From Candidatus Bathyarchaeota archaeon (lineage in GTDB: Archaea; Thermoproteota; Bathyarchaeia; TCS64): DNA of 57,750 nucleotides. The notes under the pieces were generated by a model. It made no database searches, was not told the origin of the DNA, and saw only the letters and a list, made by a program, of their open reading frames with translations. The stretch covers positions 1 through 57,750 of the forward strand of contig JADGNG010000081.1 of NCBI GenBank assembly GCA_017883585.1, read 5' to 3'. The position numbers were made by a program, and so were the translations under genes. This document shows, one piece after another, positions 9,020-19,760 of this stretch (position 1 is its first letter; each line of letters opens with the position of its first letter).

Positions 9020-9601
9020 TCACTGGGGCCTTTCCCAGACCCTCGGCTTACATACTATCTCCCTGATCCGCATATCGAAGAACCTGTGGGTGTTGCTGGG
9101 GAGAAGGACCACAGCGGTGTCCGCTCCCGTCCCGTTCCCGCCGAGGGAGATCACCTCCCTGTCGGTCCTGATCAGGCCCGCGTCGGCCGCCATGCAAGCG
9201 CACTCGCATGCCACCTTTACGCCGGCGCCGAAGAGGCGGAGGACATGCGCAATCACCTCGTCCACCTGTATGGCATTGAACTTCTTGTTGATCGCCCGGC
9301 CGAGGCCGCCGAAGCTGTGGCACGCGCGAATTATCTTACCGCCGTTGTCCTCGATGGCTTTCTTATACTCGGGCTTCATCCGGTCCTGATTAGGCTCAAC
9401 GTAACCGACCATCCCAGCGACTACCACTAGGTTGTAGCCCTTGAATACCTCGGCGGCGATCGCCCCCGTCTCACCTGTGTATGAGGCCACGATCACATCC
9501 CTGATGCCCAGCTGATCGGCACGCTTCTTCGCCTGGAGAATAGCCTCCCTGCTGTTCATCTTCCCCGGCTCGTTGAAGTAGACAGTCTCCACCTTAGACA
9601 T
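9020..9601 (-). CDS. Pyruvate kinase alpha/beta-like domain protein (DUF1867/MTH1675 type)
   Basis: YFNEPGKMNS, VASYTGETG, LRLFGAGVKVACEC, MAADAG, GADTA motifs. Confidence 0.85.
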   Translation of the reverse strand: MSKVETVYFNEPGKMNSREAILQAKKRADQLGIRDVIVASYTGETGAIAAEVFKGYNLVVVAGMVGYVEPNQDRMKPEYKKAIEDNGGKIIRACHSFGGLGRAINKKFNAIQVDEVIAHVLRLFGAGVKVACECACMAADAGLIRTDREVISLGGNGTGADTAVVLLPSNTHRFFDMRIREIVCKPRVWERPQ

Positions 9602-9662
9602 CGCATAAACCCAGAATCAACTGGGAGGTCACTGATTTATGGTTTGGGAAAAGAGTAGGGGT

Positions 9663-10691
9663 TTAGGAGACGTTGGGGACGACGAGGTATTTTAGGAACT
9701 CCTCACCCTGTAGCCCCTGCTCCTTCGCCCACGCTATGCCGACGAGGTCGTCCTTCTCAAGCTCACTGAAGACCAGGTAAGCCATGATCGTATTGAAGCC
9801 GAAGTCGTTCCCAGCTCGGGCCTCGTTCACAGTCTTGTGTACCTGGCGTCTCAGGTTGGTCCTGATGAGGGCGACGTCCCCCTCGTAGATAGGTGCGAGG
9901 ATGGTGCTGTATGGCTCCCCGAGGCTCTCCACGGAGTCGCGGAGGTCCGCCCCGTCCACGACTAGGTGAAGGACATCCTTTGATATCCCGTAGGTGGCGT
10001 CGAACATCTCCTCCGGTTTGAAGCCTTCCTCCTCCTTCGGGGCACGGCTCTGTTTAACCGCCACGAGGAAGTTCTCTATGTCCGCCTCGAGCTCCACGAT
10101 CTTGCTCACCATTCTCCTCTGGCTGCGTGGGAGCTTCCTGACGCTCCTGAGGATCGTGAGGCTGTAGAGGTGCTGCAGCTCGAGTTGGAGGGGCCAGATG
10201 GCGTCGTACTGCTTGTAGATGGGAAGCTTCTCGGCTATGGTGTTGTAGGCAGTGCCCTTTAGTAGCTCCAGGAGGGTGTCGATGTCGGCTGCCTCGGATA
10301 GAGCCTGGTAGCTCGGTGCCCTGTAGGGCATCATGGGGACGAGGTTCGCCTGAATCTCGACCGGAGTCGCCTCGCTGAACTTACCCCTCAGTATCCTATC
10401 GAGGTTCAAAGTCTCGAACCTCATGTAGTAGTAGGTCTGTAGGAGTTCCCCGATGTTGCTGGGGACGATGTCCACTACCTTCACGATGCGCTCGATAAAC
10501 TTGCGGTAGAAGACGCGCTCCAGGCTGACGCTCGGGTTCACGTCTGGCTCCAGTGTGACCTGCCCGTATGGCGTCTGAGCGATCTGCGACATGAACTCCT
10601 CGACGCTGTCCGTGGAGGCTAGGGTCCTCATCTGGTTGGAATCAAGTAGGTCGGCGATGAGAGCATGGCTCCTGACGACCGCGTAGGTCAT
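9663..10691 (-). CDS. atpC: A/V-type ATP synthase subunit C
   Basis: YAVVR N-terminus, size and operon position. Confidence 0.8.
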   Translation of the reverse strand: MTYAVVRSHALIADLLDSNQMRTLASTDSVEEFMSQIAQTPYGQVTLEPDVNPSVSLERVFYRKFIERIVKVVDIVPSNIGELLQTYYYMRFETLNLDRILRGKFSEATPVEIQANLVPMMPYRAPSYQALSEAADIDTLLELLKGTAYNTIAEKLPIYKQYDAIWPLQLELQHLYSLTILRSVRKLPRSQRRMVSKIVELEADIENFLVAVKQSRAPKEEEGFKPEEMFDATYGISKDVLHLVVDGADLRDSVESLGEPYSTILAPIYEGDVALIRTNLRRQVHKTVNEARAGNDFGFNTIMAYLVFSELEKDDLVGIAWAKEQGLQGEEFLKYLVVPNVS

Positions 10692-10702
10692 CGAACCCGT
10701 CT

Positions 10703-11320
10703 TTACCTTTCCGATGCCAACGCACCCCCAATCAGCTTGATTCGGACGAGGTCCTCCATCTGCTCCTCGTCTAACTTGTCCTGAATGAATTTGATGACCG
10801 CCTTCATGTCGGGTATGACAGTGTTCTCGAGGGCGTTCACCTTCCTATTGGTCCTACCGAGCTCGTCGGCGATGCGCTCAACCCTGCTCTCGAACTCGGC
10901 GAGCCTAATGATCTCCTCAAGTATCGAGAAGACCTTGTCAGAAGCGTAGCTGAGGGTGATGTCTAGCTCACCCTCAACCTTGGGCTTGTTCAGTATCTTG
11001 ATGTAGGGATACTGAACCCCCATCGTGCTCTTCGGCAGCAGGTCGATGTCGAGTGTGCTGCGTATGCTGTCGGCCTGGCTCTCCACCTCCGTGGGGCCGA
11101 GGCTCAGATAAGCTGCCTGGACAGCCTTATAGGCCTCCCCGAGGCTCTCGAGTAGCAACCTCCGCCTCCCCCTGAGTACCTCGATGGACTCGCTGAGCTC
11201 CTTGGCGAGGTGGTCCCTCTTGAGTTTGAGGAACTCGGTGCCCCGCTCAATGAAGATGATGCGGCTCTGCATCTCCATGAGGTAGCCCTTTGTGGGCCGG
11301 ACTCCGCTAGTGGAAGACAA
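10703..11320 (-). CDS. atpD: A/V-type ATP synthase subunit D
   Basis: PTKG, LKLKRD, TNRKVNALEN motifs. Confidence 0.93.
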   Translation of the reverse strand: MSSTSGVRPTKGYLMEMQSRIIFIERGTEFLKLKRDHLAKELSESIEVLRGRRRLLLESLGEAYKAVQAAYLSLGPTEVESQADSIRSTLDIDLLPKSTMGVQYPYIKILNKPKVEGELDITLSYASDKVFSILEEIIRLAEFESRVERIADELGRTNRKVNALENTVIPDMKAVIKFIQDKLDEEQMEDLVRIKLIGGALASER

Positions 11321-11322
11321 GG

Positions 11323-12720
11323 CTAGCTCTCTCTCTTACGGTACTTCGGGTGGTACTCCTTGATGTAGGACTCGCGGATCCTGATGAGGTTCTCCTCTGG
11401 CAGCATGGCGAGTAGGTCCCACGCCAGGTCGAGGGTCTGTTCGATGGTCCTATTCTCGTAGCGGCCCTGGTTTACGAACTTGGTCTCGAAGGCGTTGGCG
11501 AACTCGAGCCATTTGCGCTCGCGGTCGCTGAGTCCGACGGTTCCGACGATGCGGACGAGGCCGCGTGCGCGTGTGCCCTCGGCGTATGCCATGTAGAGTT
11601 GGTTTGAGACGTCCTGGTGGTCCTTGCGGGTCGTCTTTGCGCCGATTCCGTCCTTCATGAGCCTACTGAGGCTGGGGAGGACGTTCATGGCGGGGTAGAG
11701 TCCCTTTAGGGAGAGCTCGCGTTGGATGAGGAGCTGCCCCTCCGTGATGTAGCCCGTGAGGTCTGGCACTGGGTGGGTGATGTCACCGGCTGGCATGGAG
11801 AGAATGGGCATCAGCGTGACCGAGCCCTGTTTCCCAGTAATTATTCCTGCGCGCTCGTAGATGGTAGCGAGGTCGCTATATAGGTAGCCGGGGTAGCCCT
11901 TCCTCGTCGGGATCTCCTCCCTTGCGATGCTGATGCTGCGCAGCGCCTCTGCGTAGTTCGTCATGTCAGTGAGGATGGTTAGGACGTGCATACCCATGTC
12001 GAAGGCGAGGTACTCGGCGATCGTCTGGGCAATGCGTGGGGTAATCATGCGCTCGATTGGCGGGTCGTCAGCGAGGTTTAGGACCAGTACGCTCTTATTG
12101 AGTGCGCCCGTCTCCTCGAACTCCTTGCGGAAGAAGTCGGCCTCCTCGTTCTTGATGCCCATTGCACCGAAGACGATGGCGAAGTCGCTCTCCTTCCCAG
12201 GGATCGTCGCCTGACGAGCGATCTGGGCCGCCAGCATGTTGTGGTGGAGGCCTGACTCGCTGAAGATGGGTAGCTTCTGACCCCTGACTAGACTGTTCAT
12301 GCCGTCGATGGCGCTCATCCCGGTCTGGACGAAGTCGCTTGGGACGGCGCGTGCAGCGGGGTTGATGGTTCCGCCGTTTACGTCTCGTACGTCGTCGCTG
12401 AGGGGCGCAGGCATGCCGTCGCGTGGCACGAAGCTGCCGCTGAAGACTCTGCCGATTAGATCGTTGGTGACTGGGATCTTCTGCGTCTCGCCGGTGAACC
12501 TGACACCGACGTTGAGGTCCATGCCAGAGGTGTTTCCGAAGCACTGGACCATGGCCCAGTCCTTGGATACCTCGAGGACACTTCCTGAGACCTCGTAGCC
12601 GGAGTCGGTGCGTATGCGGACGATCTCGTTATAGCTTATGCCCTGAACGTTCTCGACGAAGAGGATTGGTCCGTGAATCTCCTTAACTGTCTTGTAGACT
12701 AGTCCTGCTTGTTCTGCCAT
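11323..12720 (-). CDS. atpB: A/V-type ATP synthase subunit B
   Basis: [41 protein letters not shown]. Confidence 0.97.
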   Translation of the reverse strand: MAEQAGLVYKTVKEIHGPILFVENVQGISYNEIVRIRTDSGYEVSGSVLEVSKDWAMVQCFGNTSGMDLNVGVRFTGETQKIPVTNDLIGRVFSGSFVPRDGMPAPLSDDVRDVNGGTINPAARAVPSDFVQTGMSAIDGMNSLVRGQKLPIFSESGLHHNMLAAQIARQATIPGKESDFAIVFGAMGIKNEEADFFRKEFEETGALNKSVLVLNLADDPPIERMITPRIAQTIAEYLAFDMGMHVLTILTDMTNYAEALRSISIAREEIPTRKGYPGYLYSDLATIYERAGIITGKQGSVTLMPILSMPAGDITHPVPDLTGYITEGQLLIQRELSLKGLYPAMNVLPSLSRLMKDGIGAKTTRKDHQDVSNQLYMAYAEGTRARGLVRIVGTVGLSDRERKWLEFANAFETKFVNQGRYENRTIEQTLDLAWDLLAMLPEENLIRIRESYIKEYHPKYRKRES

Positions 12721-12721
12721 C

Positions 12722-14482
12722 TTAGCTCACCCCGTAGGTCTTGGCGAGTTCGCCGACCTGCTTAACCATCTCCTGCTTTGCGAGGTCTATGGGTTCCGTG
12801 CCTTTGCGCTCCTTGAGCCTCATGATCTCGGTGACTATGGGTAGTTCGCGCACCTTCTCGATGGGGACGCTCTGCTTGACAAGCCCCTCGACCATCTGGT
12901 TGAAATCGACGATGATACGCAGGAGTTTTGTCTGCTTCTCGGCGTCGCAGTAGGTGTCGATCTCGTGGTACGCCGCCTGTACGAGGAAGCCTTCACGGAG
13001 TAGCTCTGCGATGAGCAGGACTAGGCGTTGGTCGTCTGGGAGGCTCTTCTCACCGATGATGCGGGCGGTCTCCTCGATCTCCGCCGCCTCCTCTAGTATG
13101 CTCATTGCCTTGGCGCGGTTGCTGAGCCAGTCCTTGTCGTACTGGCTCCACCACTCCGAGGAGATTTCGAGGTAGCGTGTGAAGCTCCTAAGCCAGTTGA
13201 TGGCTGGGAAGTGGCGACGCTGGGCGAGACTGCTGTCGAGCGCCCAGAACGTCCCGATGAAGCGGAGAGTGTACGTGGTGACTGGCTCGCTGAAGTCTCC
13301 GCCCGGAGGAGAGACTGCACCTAGCATCGTGACGCTACCTATGCGTTCCTGAGAGCCAAGGACTACTGCGCGTCCCGCGCGCTCGTAGAGCTCTGCGATC
13401 CTGTCCGGTAGGTAGGCTGGGAAGCCCGCCTCTGCGGGGATCTCCCCGAGGCGACCGGAGATGTCACGGAGCGCCTCGGCCCACCTCGATGTGGAGTCGG
13501 CCATTACGGCCACGTCGTAGCCCATGTCGCGGAAGTACTCGCCTAGTGTGGTGCCCATGTAGATTGAGGCTTCTCGGGCTGAGACTGGCATGTTGCTGAC
13601 GTTTGCAACGATGATGGTCCTCTCGATGAGGTTGCGCCCGCTCCTCGGGTCCTTGATATAGGGGAAGTGGGCGACCACGTCCGCCATCTCGTTTCCACGC
13701 TCACCGCAGCCGATGAGTATGATGATGTCCGCGTCGCTCCACTTACTGATCTGCTGGAGTGTGACGGTCTTCCCGGTTCCGAACCCGCCGGGGATGGCGG
13801 CCGCGCCGCCCTTGGCGCATGGGAAGAACGTGTCGATGACGCGCTGGCCCGTGATCAGGGGTACGCTGAGTGGGAGCCTCTGCTTGACTGGCCTGGGTCT
13901 GCGAACGGGCCATTTTTGCATGAGCTTGAGTTCCTTGACCCCCTCGGGGGTCTCCAGTTCGCCGACGGTTTCCTCGACGGTGAACCCACCCTTGTGAATG
14001 CTCTTGATGGTACCGCCCATGTTGGGGGGGACCATGATCTTGTGGACGAAGCTTTCCGTCTCCTGGACGGTGCCTATGAAGTCGCCGGGGCCGACCTTGT
14101 CGCCTTTCTTGACGGTTGGGACGAACTCCCATTTCTTCTTCCTGTCGAGTGGCGGGACGCTGGTTCCCCTGCTAACGAATGGGCCGGTCCTATTCCATAG
14201 CTCGGTCTCGCTGCGCTCGACGCCGTCCATGATGGCGCCCATGATGCCTGGGCCGAGTTCCGCCATGAGCGGCTCGCCGGTATCGTTTACAGGCTCGCCG
14301 GGTCGGATGCCGTCTGTGATCTCGTAGCATTGGCAGAAGGCGGTATGCCCGTCGAGGCGGACGATCTCTCCCATGAGCTTGAGGTTACCGACCTCGACTA
14401 GGTCACCGATCTTCGGCGCCTCTGTGAATGTCGCCCTTATGAGTGAGCCGTTGATGCGGTCGATTGTGCCTATTATTCCCAT
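12722..14482 (-). CDS. atpA: A/V-type ATP synthase subunit A
   Basis: Walker [42 protein letters not shown]; no intein. Confidence 0.97.
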   Translation of the reverse strand: MGIIGTIDRINGSLIRATFTEAPKIGDLVEVGNLKLMGEIVRLDGHTAFCQCYEITDGIRPGEPVNDTGEPLMAELGPGIMGAIMDGVERSETELWNRTGPFVSRGTSVPPLDRKKKWEFVPTVKKGDKVGPGDFIGTVQETESFVHKIMVPPNMGGTIKSIHKGGFTVEETVGELETPEGVKELKLMQKWPVRRPRPVKQRLPLSVPLITGQRVIDTFFPCAKGGAAAIPGGFGTGKTVTLQQISKWSDADIIILIGCGERGNEMADVVAHFPYIKDPRSGRNLIERTIIVANVSNMPVSAREASIYMGTTLGEYFRDMGYDVAVMADSTSRWAEALRDISGRLGEIPAEAGFPAYLPDRIAELYERAGRAVVLGSQERIGSVTMLGAVSPPGGDFSEPVTTYTLRFIGTFWALDSSLAQRRHFPAINWLRSFTRYLEISSEWWSQYDKDWLSNRAKAMSILEEAAEIEETARIIGEKSLPDDQRLVLLIAELLREGFLVQAAYHEIDTYCDAEKQTKLLRIIVDFNQMVEGLVKQSVPIEKVRELPIVTEIMRLKERKGTEPIDLAKQEMVKQVGELAKTYGVS

Positions 14483-14484
14483 TC

Positions 14485-15126
14485 TTACTCGGCCTCCATT
14501 AGCTTCGCGAGGGTGACGTTGAGCTTGGCGCGCGCTCTCATGATCCTGCCCTCGAACGTGTTGTGGTACACCTTCCTGCCCGCGATGTTCTTGAGGACGA
14601 CTCCCCCGATCGTCGCGATGGGGGTGTCGTCGAATGCGATGCTCACCTTAGAGCCGACGAGCTTTGAAACGTCGGCCTCGAGCTTCTTGTGTACCTTCTT
14701 TAAGTCAGCTAGGTCGGCGTCGTTGGCGGAGAGAATGAACTCCTCGCCACCGATGGCTTTCGCGGCCTCGGCGACCAGCTTAATGAGTGCCTCGTGGTAC
14801 ACCTTCTTGTCCGAGGAGTACTCCTTGAGCTTCTTCTCGGCCTCGCCGTAGATCTGCTGGAGCGTCTCGTCGCGGGCGATCATTAGTTGCTTCCTGCTAT
14901 CGAGCTCGACTCCGCCAACTATCCTATCGCGTACGCCACGTAGGACGCTGGCGACTATGTTGAGTATCTGGCGGTCGGTCTCGGATTTGATGCGCTGTGC
15001 CTCCTTCTCTGCGGCCTCGAGCATCGCCTTGGCGTCGATGTCTGCCTTGGCAATCATCTCGTCTCGCTGCGCCATGGTGCGCTCTATTAGCCTCGTCTCG
15101 AGGTCTAGGCTGCTCTGCTGACTCAT
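14485..15126 (-). CDS. atpE: A/V-type ATP synthase subunit E
   Basis: N-terminal coiled coil; IGGVVL...YHNTFEGR C-domain. Confidence 0.88.
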   Translation of the reverse strand: MSQQSSLDLETRLIERTMAQRDEMIAKADIDAKAMLEAAEKEAQRIKSETDRQILNIVASVLRGVRDRIVGGVELDSRKQLMIARDETLQQIYGEAEKKLKEYSSDKKVYHEALIKLVAEAAKAIGGEEFILSANDADLADLKKVHKKLEADVSKLVGSKVSIAFDDTPIATIGGVVLKNIAGRKVYHNTFEGRIMRARAKLNVTLAKLMEAE

Positions 15127-15452
15127 GGGAGAACCTCCTTTACGACGAGGTCGACGCTGCTGTCCCTCTTCTTCTTGGGGATCTTCTTGATCGCCTCGAT
15201 CTTCTGTAAATATTGGGCCTTGATCTTCTCAGACTCAACCTTGGCGCGGTTCTCCTCGGCCTTTACTAGGTCGTCTATTCCAGCGCCGCGCTGGGCCTTG
15301 GACTTCTTCTCCTCAGCATCCGAGCGGGCCTTGTTGACCATCTCGTCGGAGCGGCGCTTAGCGTCCCCGAGCTTCTGCTGGGACTCCCTCTCTGCCTCCT
15401 CGAGGATAGTTTGGAGCCGTTTGCCGACCGATAGGACCTTTTTGACTTCCAT
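15123..15452 (-). CDS. atpH: A-type ATP synthase peripheral stalk subunit H (G)
   Basis: 109 aa charged coiled coil located between F and E. Confidence 0.75.
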   Translation of the reverse strand: MEVKKVLSVGKRLQTILEEAERESQQKLGDAKRRSDEMVNKARSDAEEKKSKAQRGAGIDDLVKAEENRAKVESEKIKAQYLQKIEAIKKIPKKKRDSSVDLVVKEVLP

Positions 15453-15455
15453 TCA

Positions 15456-15773
15456 TCACAACTCCAGCTTTGTTCCGATAGCAAGCGATATGACTGCCTG
15501 TAGCTCCTGCATCCTGTCGCCTGTCTGCATGGTGAAGTCTGGCACCAGTGCGAAGACGGGCGATATAGCGCCCCTCTTTAGGACCTGCTCCCTTACGGGT
15601 AGGGTCTCCGCAGCGAACCTCTCGGGGAAGATTATAAGTTTGTACTTCTTCTCGTCCACGAGTCGGCTCAGCGTCTGGGCGACCTCCTCGCCAGTGACGC
15701 AGTTGTAACCCTCTGCCCCGATTAGCTGGAAGCAGGTGATGAAGGATGAGGGCCCGATGACAGCGACGCTCAT
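15456..15773 (-). CDS. atpF: A/V-type ATP synthase subunit F
   Basis: VAVIG...FQLIG, AIG C-terminus. Confidence 0.88.
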   Translation of the reverse strand: MSVAVIGPSSFITCFQLIGAEGYNCVTGEEVAQTLSRLVDEKKYKLIIFPERFAAETLPVREQVLKRGAISPVFALVPDFTMQTGDRMQELQAVISLAIGTKLEL

Positions 15774-15793
15774 TTCCTAATTGCAGACCCTGC

Positions 15794-15818
15794 TTACATT
15801 AAAAAAACTTATGTAATG
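15794..15818 (-). promoter_or_regulatory. Putative atp operon promoter with palindrome TTACAT-n11-ATGTAA around a T-rich TATA-like core
   Basis: cttacattaaaaaaacttatgtaatg about 20-45 bp upstream of atpF. Confidence 0.45.
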
Positions 15819-15944
15819 GGCGGGTTTGGCGGAGTGTTTTAGGGGTGTCTGGGGGTGCTTGTTTGCTCGCCCGTGTATGGGCGGGGGAGGAGGTGCCTTC
15901 GCCGCTGCGGTGATCCTGAATATTCTAACCGATTTACCGAGACG

Positions 15945-16082
15945 GGCCATTTTTCCATTTTGTTTAGCGTCGAATATCGAAAAACCGACCCACACCCCAT
16001 ACTCGCCTAAGGTCTTATTCATTGATTTTCGATGCGGTTGGTGGCAAGGTAATCTCTATTATGTGAAATGGAAAAAATGGCC
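15945..16082. repeat. Near-perfect 16-17 bp inverted repeat pair (GGCCATTTTTCCATTT / AAATGGAAAAAATGGCC)
   Basis: 15945-15960 and 16066-16082, plus inner ATCGAAAA/TTTTCGAT. Confidence 0.7.
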
Positions 16083-16090
16083 TAGTGGCC

Positions 16091-17596
16091 CTACGGCAAG
16101 AATGTGGCGAAGAATGGGGATAGGTAGTTGGTTATCAGCGTCGGCCAGATGCCGAGCACGATGACCAGCACCGCGAAAACGACGACCGGTAGCAGCATCG
16201 TCAGAGGCGCCTCCTTCACATGCTTCAGGTGCTCGGGGAGGGGCCCGTAGAAGACCCTGCGAACCGTCCACATGCCGTAGCCGATCGTGAGGACGGTCAT
16301 GACTATCCCGATCACCGCGGCCCACACCTGTCCGGCGGGGGCAAGCTGGTTGCCGAAGACTCCGGAGAAGATGAAGAACTTGCTCATGAAGCCCATCGTC
16401 GGGGGGACGCCGCCTATCGTGAGGAAGCCTATGATGGCCATCACGGCCGTCCAAGGCATCCTGTCTGCGAGTCCACCCATCTTCTTTATACTCCTCGTCC
16501 CCGTCTGGCTGATGAGTATGCCCGCAACGAGGAAGAGAATGGCCTTGCCAAAGCCGTGTGCCACGTACTGGTAGATTGCACCGACCTCACCGTTGGGAGT
16601 GACACTCGCTAGGCCGAGGAAGATGTAGCCCATCTGGCTTATGCTGCTGTAGGCGAGGAAGCGCTTGATATCGTCCTGCGTCAGGGCCATAAGGCCGCCG
16701 TATATCATCGTGACCAGCGCCCAGAGTGTGAAGACCCAGCTGAAGGTCTGGAAGACTGGCGTCATGGGTATGATGACGAGGCGTAGGGCCGCGTAGGCGC
16801 CTATACCGATCATGGCGGGGCTAAGCAAGGCGGAGATTGGGGTTGGTGCCTCGGCGTGAGCGAAGGGCAGCCATGTGTGCAGGCCAAAGACCGCCATCTT
16901 GGTGAAGAAGGCAAAGAGCATCGCGCCTGCTATCCACGCGGCGTTGCTGACGCCCACGAGCCTCGTGAGGCTGCTTATCTCGAAGCTGCCCGTGATGGTG
17001 TAGGCGGCGAGTATCCCCGCGAGGAGGATTACGGCGCTGACGTTCGTCCACATGAAGTAGATCATGCCGATCTTCTCCCTGTCGCCGTATCCGTAGTTGT
17101 TGATGAGCAGCCATGATGGGATGAGCATAAGCTCGTAGAAGAGGTAGAACTGGATGAGGTTGGTCGACATTATCGTGCCGAGCATTCCGACTGCATAGAG
17201 TAGGTAGAGTGCGAAGTAGCTGGCGTATGCCTCTGGACCCTTCTTCTCGTTGGTCTCGTGCTCCCACTCGTGGAACCTGTGCTCCATATAGGGCATGCTG
17301 TAGACCGTTATGGCGAGACATAGGATGTTTATCGTGAGCAGCACCCAGATGCTCAGCCCGTCGGCTAGCAGTGTGAAGCTGAGACCCGCCTGCGGAGCCC
17401 ATGTGTAGACCTCCTTGTAGGCGCTGCCGTCGCTGATCCCGAGCGCGACCCCGACTAGGAGCGCGAGCGAGACTAGGAGCGAGGCGGCGACGAACCAGCC
17501 AATGTTCTTGCCGGTCGACCTGCCCGCGAAGTACGCGATGGCGACTGCAGCAAGTGGCACCACGAGCGATAACAGTAGACTATATTGCATTACCAT
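16091..17596 (-). CDS. nuoM: NuoM-like antiporter-type subunit of hydrogenase/complex I-like complex
   Basis: ADGLS, FYLFYELMLIP, KMAVFGLHTWLP, AYSSISQMG. Confidence 0.88.
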   Translation of the reverse strand: MVMQYSLLLSLVVPLAAVAIAYFAGRSTGKNIGWFVAASLLVSLALLVGVALGISDGSAYKEVYTWAPQAGLSFTLLADGLSIWVLLTINILCLAITVYSMPYMEHRFHEWEHETNEKKGPEAYASYFALYLLYAVGMLGTIMSTNLIQFYLFYELMLIPSWLLINNYGYGDREKIGMIYFMWTNVSAVILLAGILAAYTITGSFEISSLTRLVGVSNAAWIAGAMLFAFFTKMAVFGLHTWLPFAHAEAPTPISALLSPAMIGIGAYAALRLVIIPMTPVFQTFSWVFTLWALVTMIYGGLMALTQDDIKRFLAYSSISQMGYIFLGLASVTPNGEVGAIYQYVAHGFGKAILFLVAGILISQTGTRSIKKMGGLADRMPWTAVMAIIGFLTIGGVPPTMGFMSKFFIFSGVFGNQLAPAGQVWAAVIGIVMTVLTIGYGMWTVRRVFYGPLPEHLKHVKEAPLTMLLPVVVFAVLVIVLGIWPTLITNYLSPFFATFLP

Positions 17597-17600
17597 GTCA

Positions 17601-19760
17601 TCACACCCCCCTCACGAGGACGAGGAAGAGCAGGAATAGTAGCAGCCCGGCTAGGTACAGCACGTTGATGCTGAGGTAACCGGTCTGGAGCTTCTTCACC
17701 TGGTTCCATAGGCCCGTGAAGCCTGCTGGGGCAGAGTCGTTGATTCCGAGGAGCTTCGCCTCGAATGTGCTGTTTATGCCCCTGCATAAAGCGAGTAGTC
17801 CGTCGACGCCGACGGCGTAGTAGAGTTCGTTGATGTACCACCTGTTCCAGAGGAAGCTATGTATGGGCCTCAGTATGCTGCTGCCGCTGACGATCTTCCA
17901 GGCGTTGTACTTGCGCACCATGTAGAGGAGGTAGGCGATTATGCCGCCGACGAGTATGATGACGCCGCTTGAGGCGACTGCCGTCAGCTTCGTGGCGCTA
18001 GCGACCGCTGGCTCCGTGAAGGTTGCTCCGGTGGAGGCAAATATCTCGGGGACGTGTAGTCCCTCGATGACCCTCGCCATCTGGCCCTCTATGTAGACCT
18101 CGGGGCTTAGGCTTGGGACGAAGTATCCGACCAAGCCGAGGGCGCTGATCCCCAGCATGACGGCCACCAGGACCGCGACGGGGCCCCACATTATCGGGGG
18201 GCTTTCGTGGACGTGGTGACCCTCCGCCTCGAGCTCGTTGATAAAGTGGCTCTTCTCGCCGTAGAAGACCATGTAGATATAGCGCGCGCTGTAAACGAGG
18301 GTCATGAGCGCCGTCACGACCGCGACGACGTAGAGCACGTTCGTCAGTGTCAAGCCGGCGTTGAGGCTCGCCACGAAGATGGCATCCTTGCTCCAGAAGC
18401 CACTGAACGGCGGGATGCCCGCCAGGCTCAGCGTCGCTAGGAGCATTAGTATCTTCGTGAAAGGCATCTGCTTCCCGAGCCCGCCCATCTTATCCATATA
18501 TATGGTCTCCACCGCGTGGATGACCGAGCCAGCGCCTAGGAAGAGCGCTGCCTTGAAGAGGGCGTGGCTTACGAGGTGGAAGATGCCTGATGTGAGCCCG
18601 GGCAGGAGGTTGCCCTCCCCGAGGCCCGCGACACCAAGTCCCAGCATCATGAAGCCGATCTGACTGACCGTCGAGTATGCTAGTACCTTCTTCAGCTCAA
18701 GAGCCACTATCGCCTGGCTCGCTGCCAGGAACGCCGTGAAGGCTCCGATGACTGCTATCGCCACGAAGTATGTTTGTGCTTCGGCTAGGTGCTGCGCGAA
18801 TGTGCCGATGTAGAAGGCGGGGGCCATCCTGGCTACCAGGTAGACTCCTGCCTTGACCATTGTCGCTGCGTGGATGAGGGCGCTGACGGCCGTGGGGCCC
18901 GCCATCGCCTCGGGGAGCCACTCGTGGAGCGGGAACTGCGCGCTCTTACCGATCGGTCCTCCGAGGAAGAGTATGGCAGTCAGGCTGAGGAGCCCGGGGA
19001 CGACGGATATCGCCGCCATCCACTGGGGTGCCGTGTTGATCAGCTCGACGAAGTTTAGGGTCCCTGCGTAGTTGTAGATTATGAAGATGGCTCCGAGGAG
19101 TAAGACGTCTCCGATGCCCGTGACTATGAAGGCCTTCATGCCTGCGTGGCTCGGTGGGAACATCTTGGTCGGCGGGGGTCCACCCAGCCACCTTTCCTTC
19201 GGGTCGCGGTAGTAGTAGCCTATCAGTCCGTAGCTGCAGAGTCCGACGCCTTCCCAGCCTATCATCATCTGGATGAGGTTGTCGGAGAGTACTAGGAGCA
19301 GCATGTTGCCGATGAAGAACAGGAAGAAGAACCAGTAGCGTGTCAGGTGCTCGTCGCCGTGCATGTAGCCGACGCTGTAGACGACGATGAGGAACGAGAT
19401 GAAGGCGACGACGTTTGCTATGAGTATGCTTAGTGGGTCGATTAGGACGCCCAGTGTGAGTGGTGCCCCGTTAGGGAACGTTATCCAGGTTGCGACCTGC
19501 ACGTCGTTCGTGGGGTTCGAGGCCCAGAGTCCGGGCAGGAGCGAGGCTGCTGCTATGACCGCCCCGAATGCTATGGCGACCGCCGCGTAGTCTCGGACCT
19601 TGTGGCCCCCCTTGGCGATTACAGGCATCAGAAGCGCTCCGGCTATGGGGATTAGCCAGCACAGCCAGGCCCCGGGGTTCGACATAAACTGCTCTAAACC
19701 GTTGATGGGCGCCGAGATTAGGGTCGGAGCCGCGTCCGCTGCTATGTTGAGTAGACTCAT
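17601..19760 (-). CDS. nuoL: NuoL-like antiporter-type subunit
   Basis: GWEGVGLCSY, GKSAQFPLHEWLPEAMAGPT, LIHAATMV, GFWSKD. Confidence 0.93.
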   Translation of the reverse strand: MSLLNIAADAAPTLISAPINGLEQFMSNPGAWLCWLIPIAGALLMPVIAKGGHKVRDYAAVAIAFGAVIAAASLLPGLWASNPTNDVQVATWITFPNGAPLTLGVLIDPLSILIANVVAFISFLIVVYSVGYMHGDEHLTRYWFFFLFFIGNMLLLVLSDNLIQMMIGWEGVGLCSYGLIGYYYRDPKERWLGGPPPTKMFPPSHAGMKAFIVTGIGDVLLLGAIFIIYNYAGTLNFVELINTAPQWMAAISVVPGLLSLTAILFLGGPIGKSAQFPLHEWLPEAMAGPTAVSALIHAATMVKAGVYLVARMAPAFYIGTFAQHLAEAQTYFVAIAVIGAFTAFLAASQAIVALELKKVLAYSTVSQIGFMMLGLGVAGLGEGNLLPGLTSGIFHLVSHALFKAALFLGAGSVIHAVETIYMDKMGGLGKQMPFTKILMLLATLSLAGIPPFSGFWSKDAIFVASLNAGLTLTNVLYVVAVVTALMTLVYSARYIYMVFYGEKSHFINELEAEGHHVHESPPIMWGPVAVLVAVMLGISALGLVGYFVPSLSPEVYIEGQMARVIEGLHVPEIFASTGATFTEPAVASATKLTAVASSGVIILVGGIIAYLLYMVRKYNAWKIVSGSSILRPIHSFLWNRWYINELYYAVGVDGLLALCRGINSTFEAKLLGINDSAPAGFTGLWNQVKKLQTGYLSINVLYLAGLLLFLLFLVLVRGV

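Noticed and set aside
8844-9389. 181-aa plus-strand ORF
   Set aside because: Mostly antisense to the well-supported DUF1867 gene; no protein-like motifs
15777-16164. ORFs 15777..16022 and 15826..16164 as the missing atpK
   Set aside because: No hydrophobic hairpin or conserved carboxylate; composition looks non-coding
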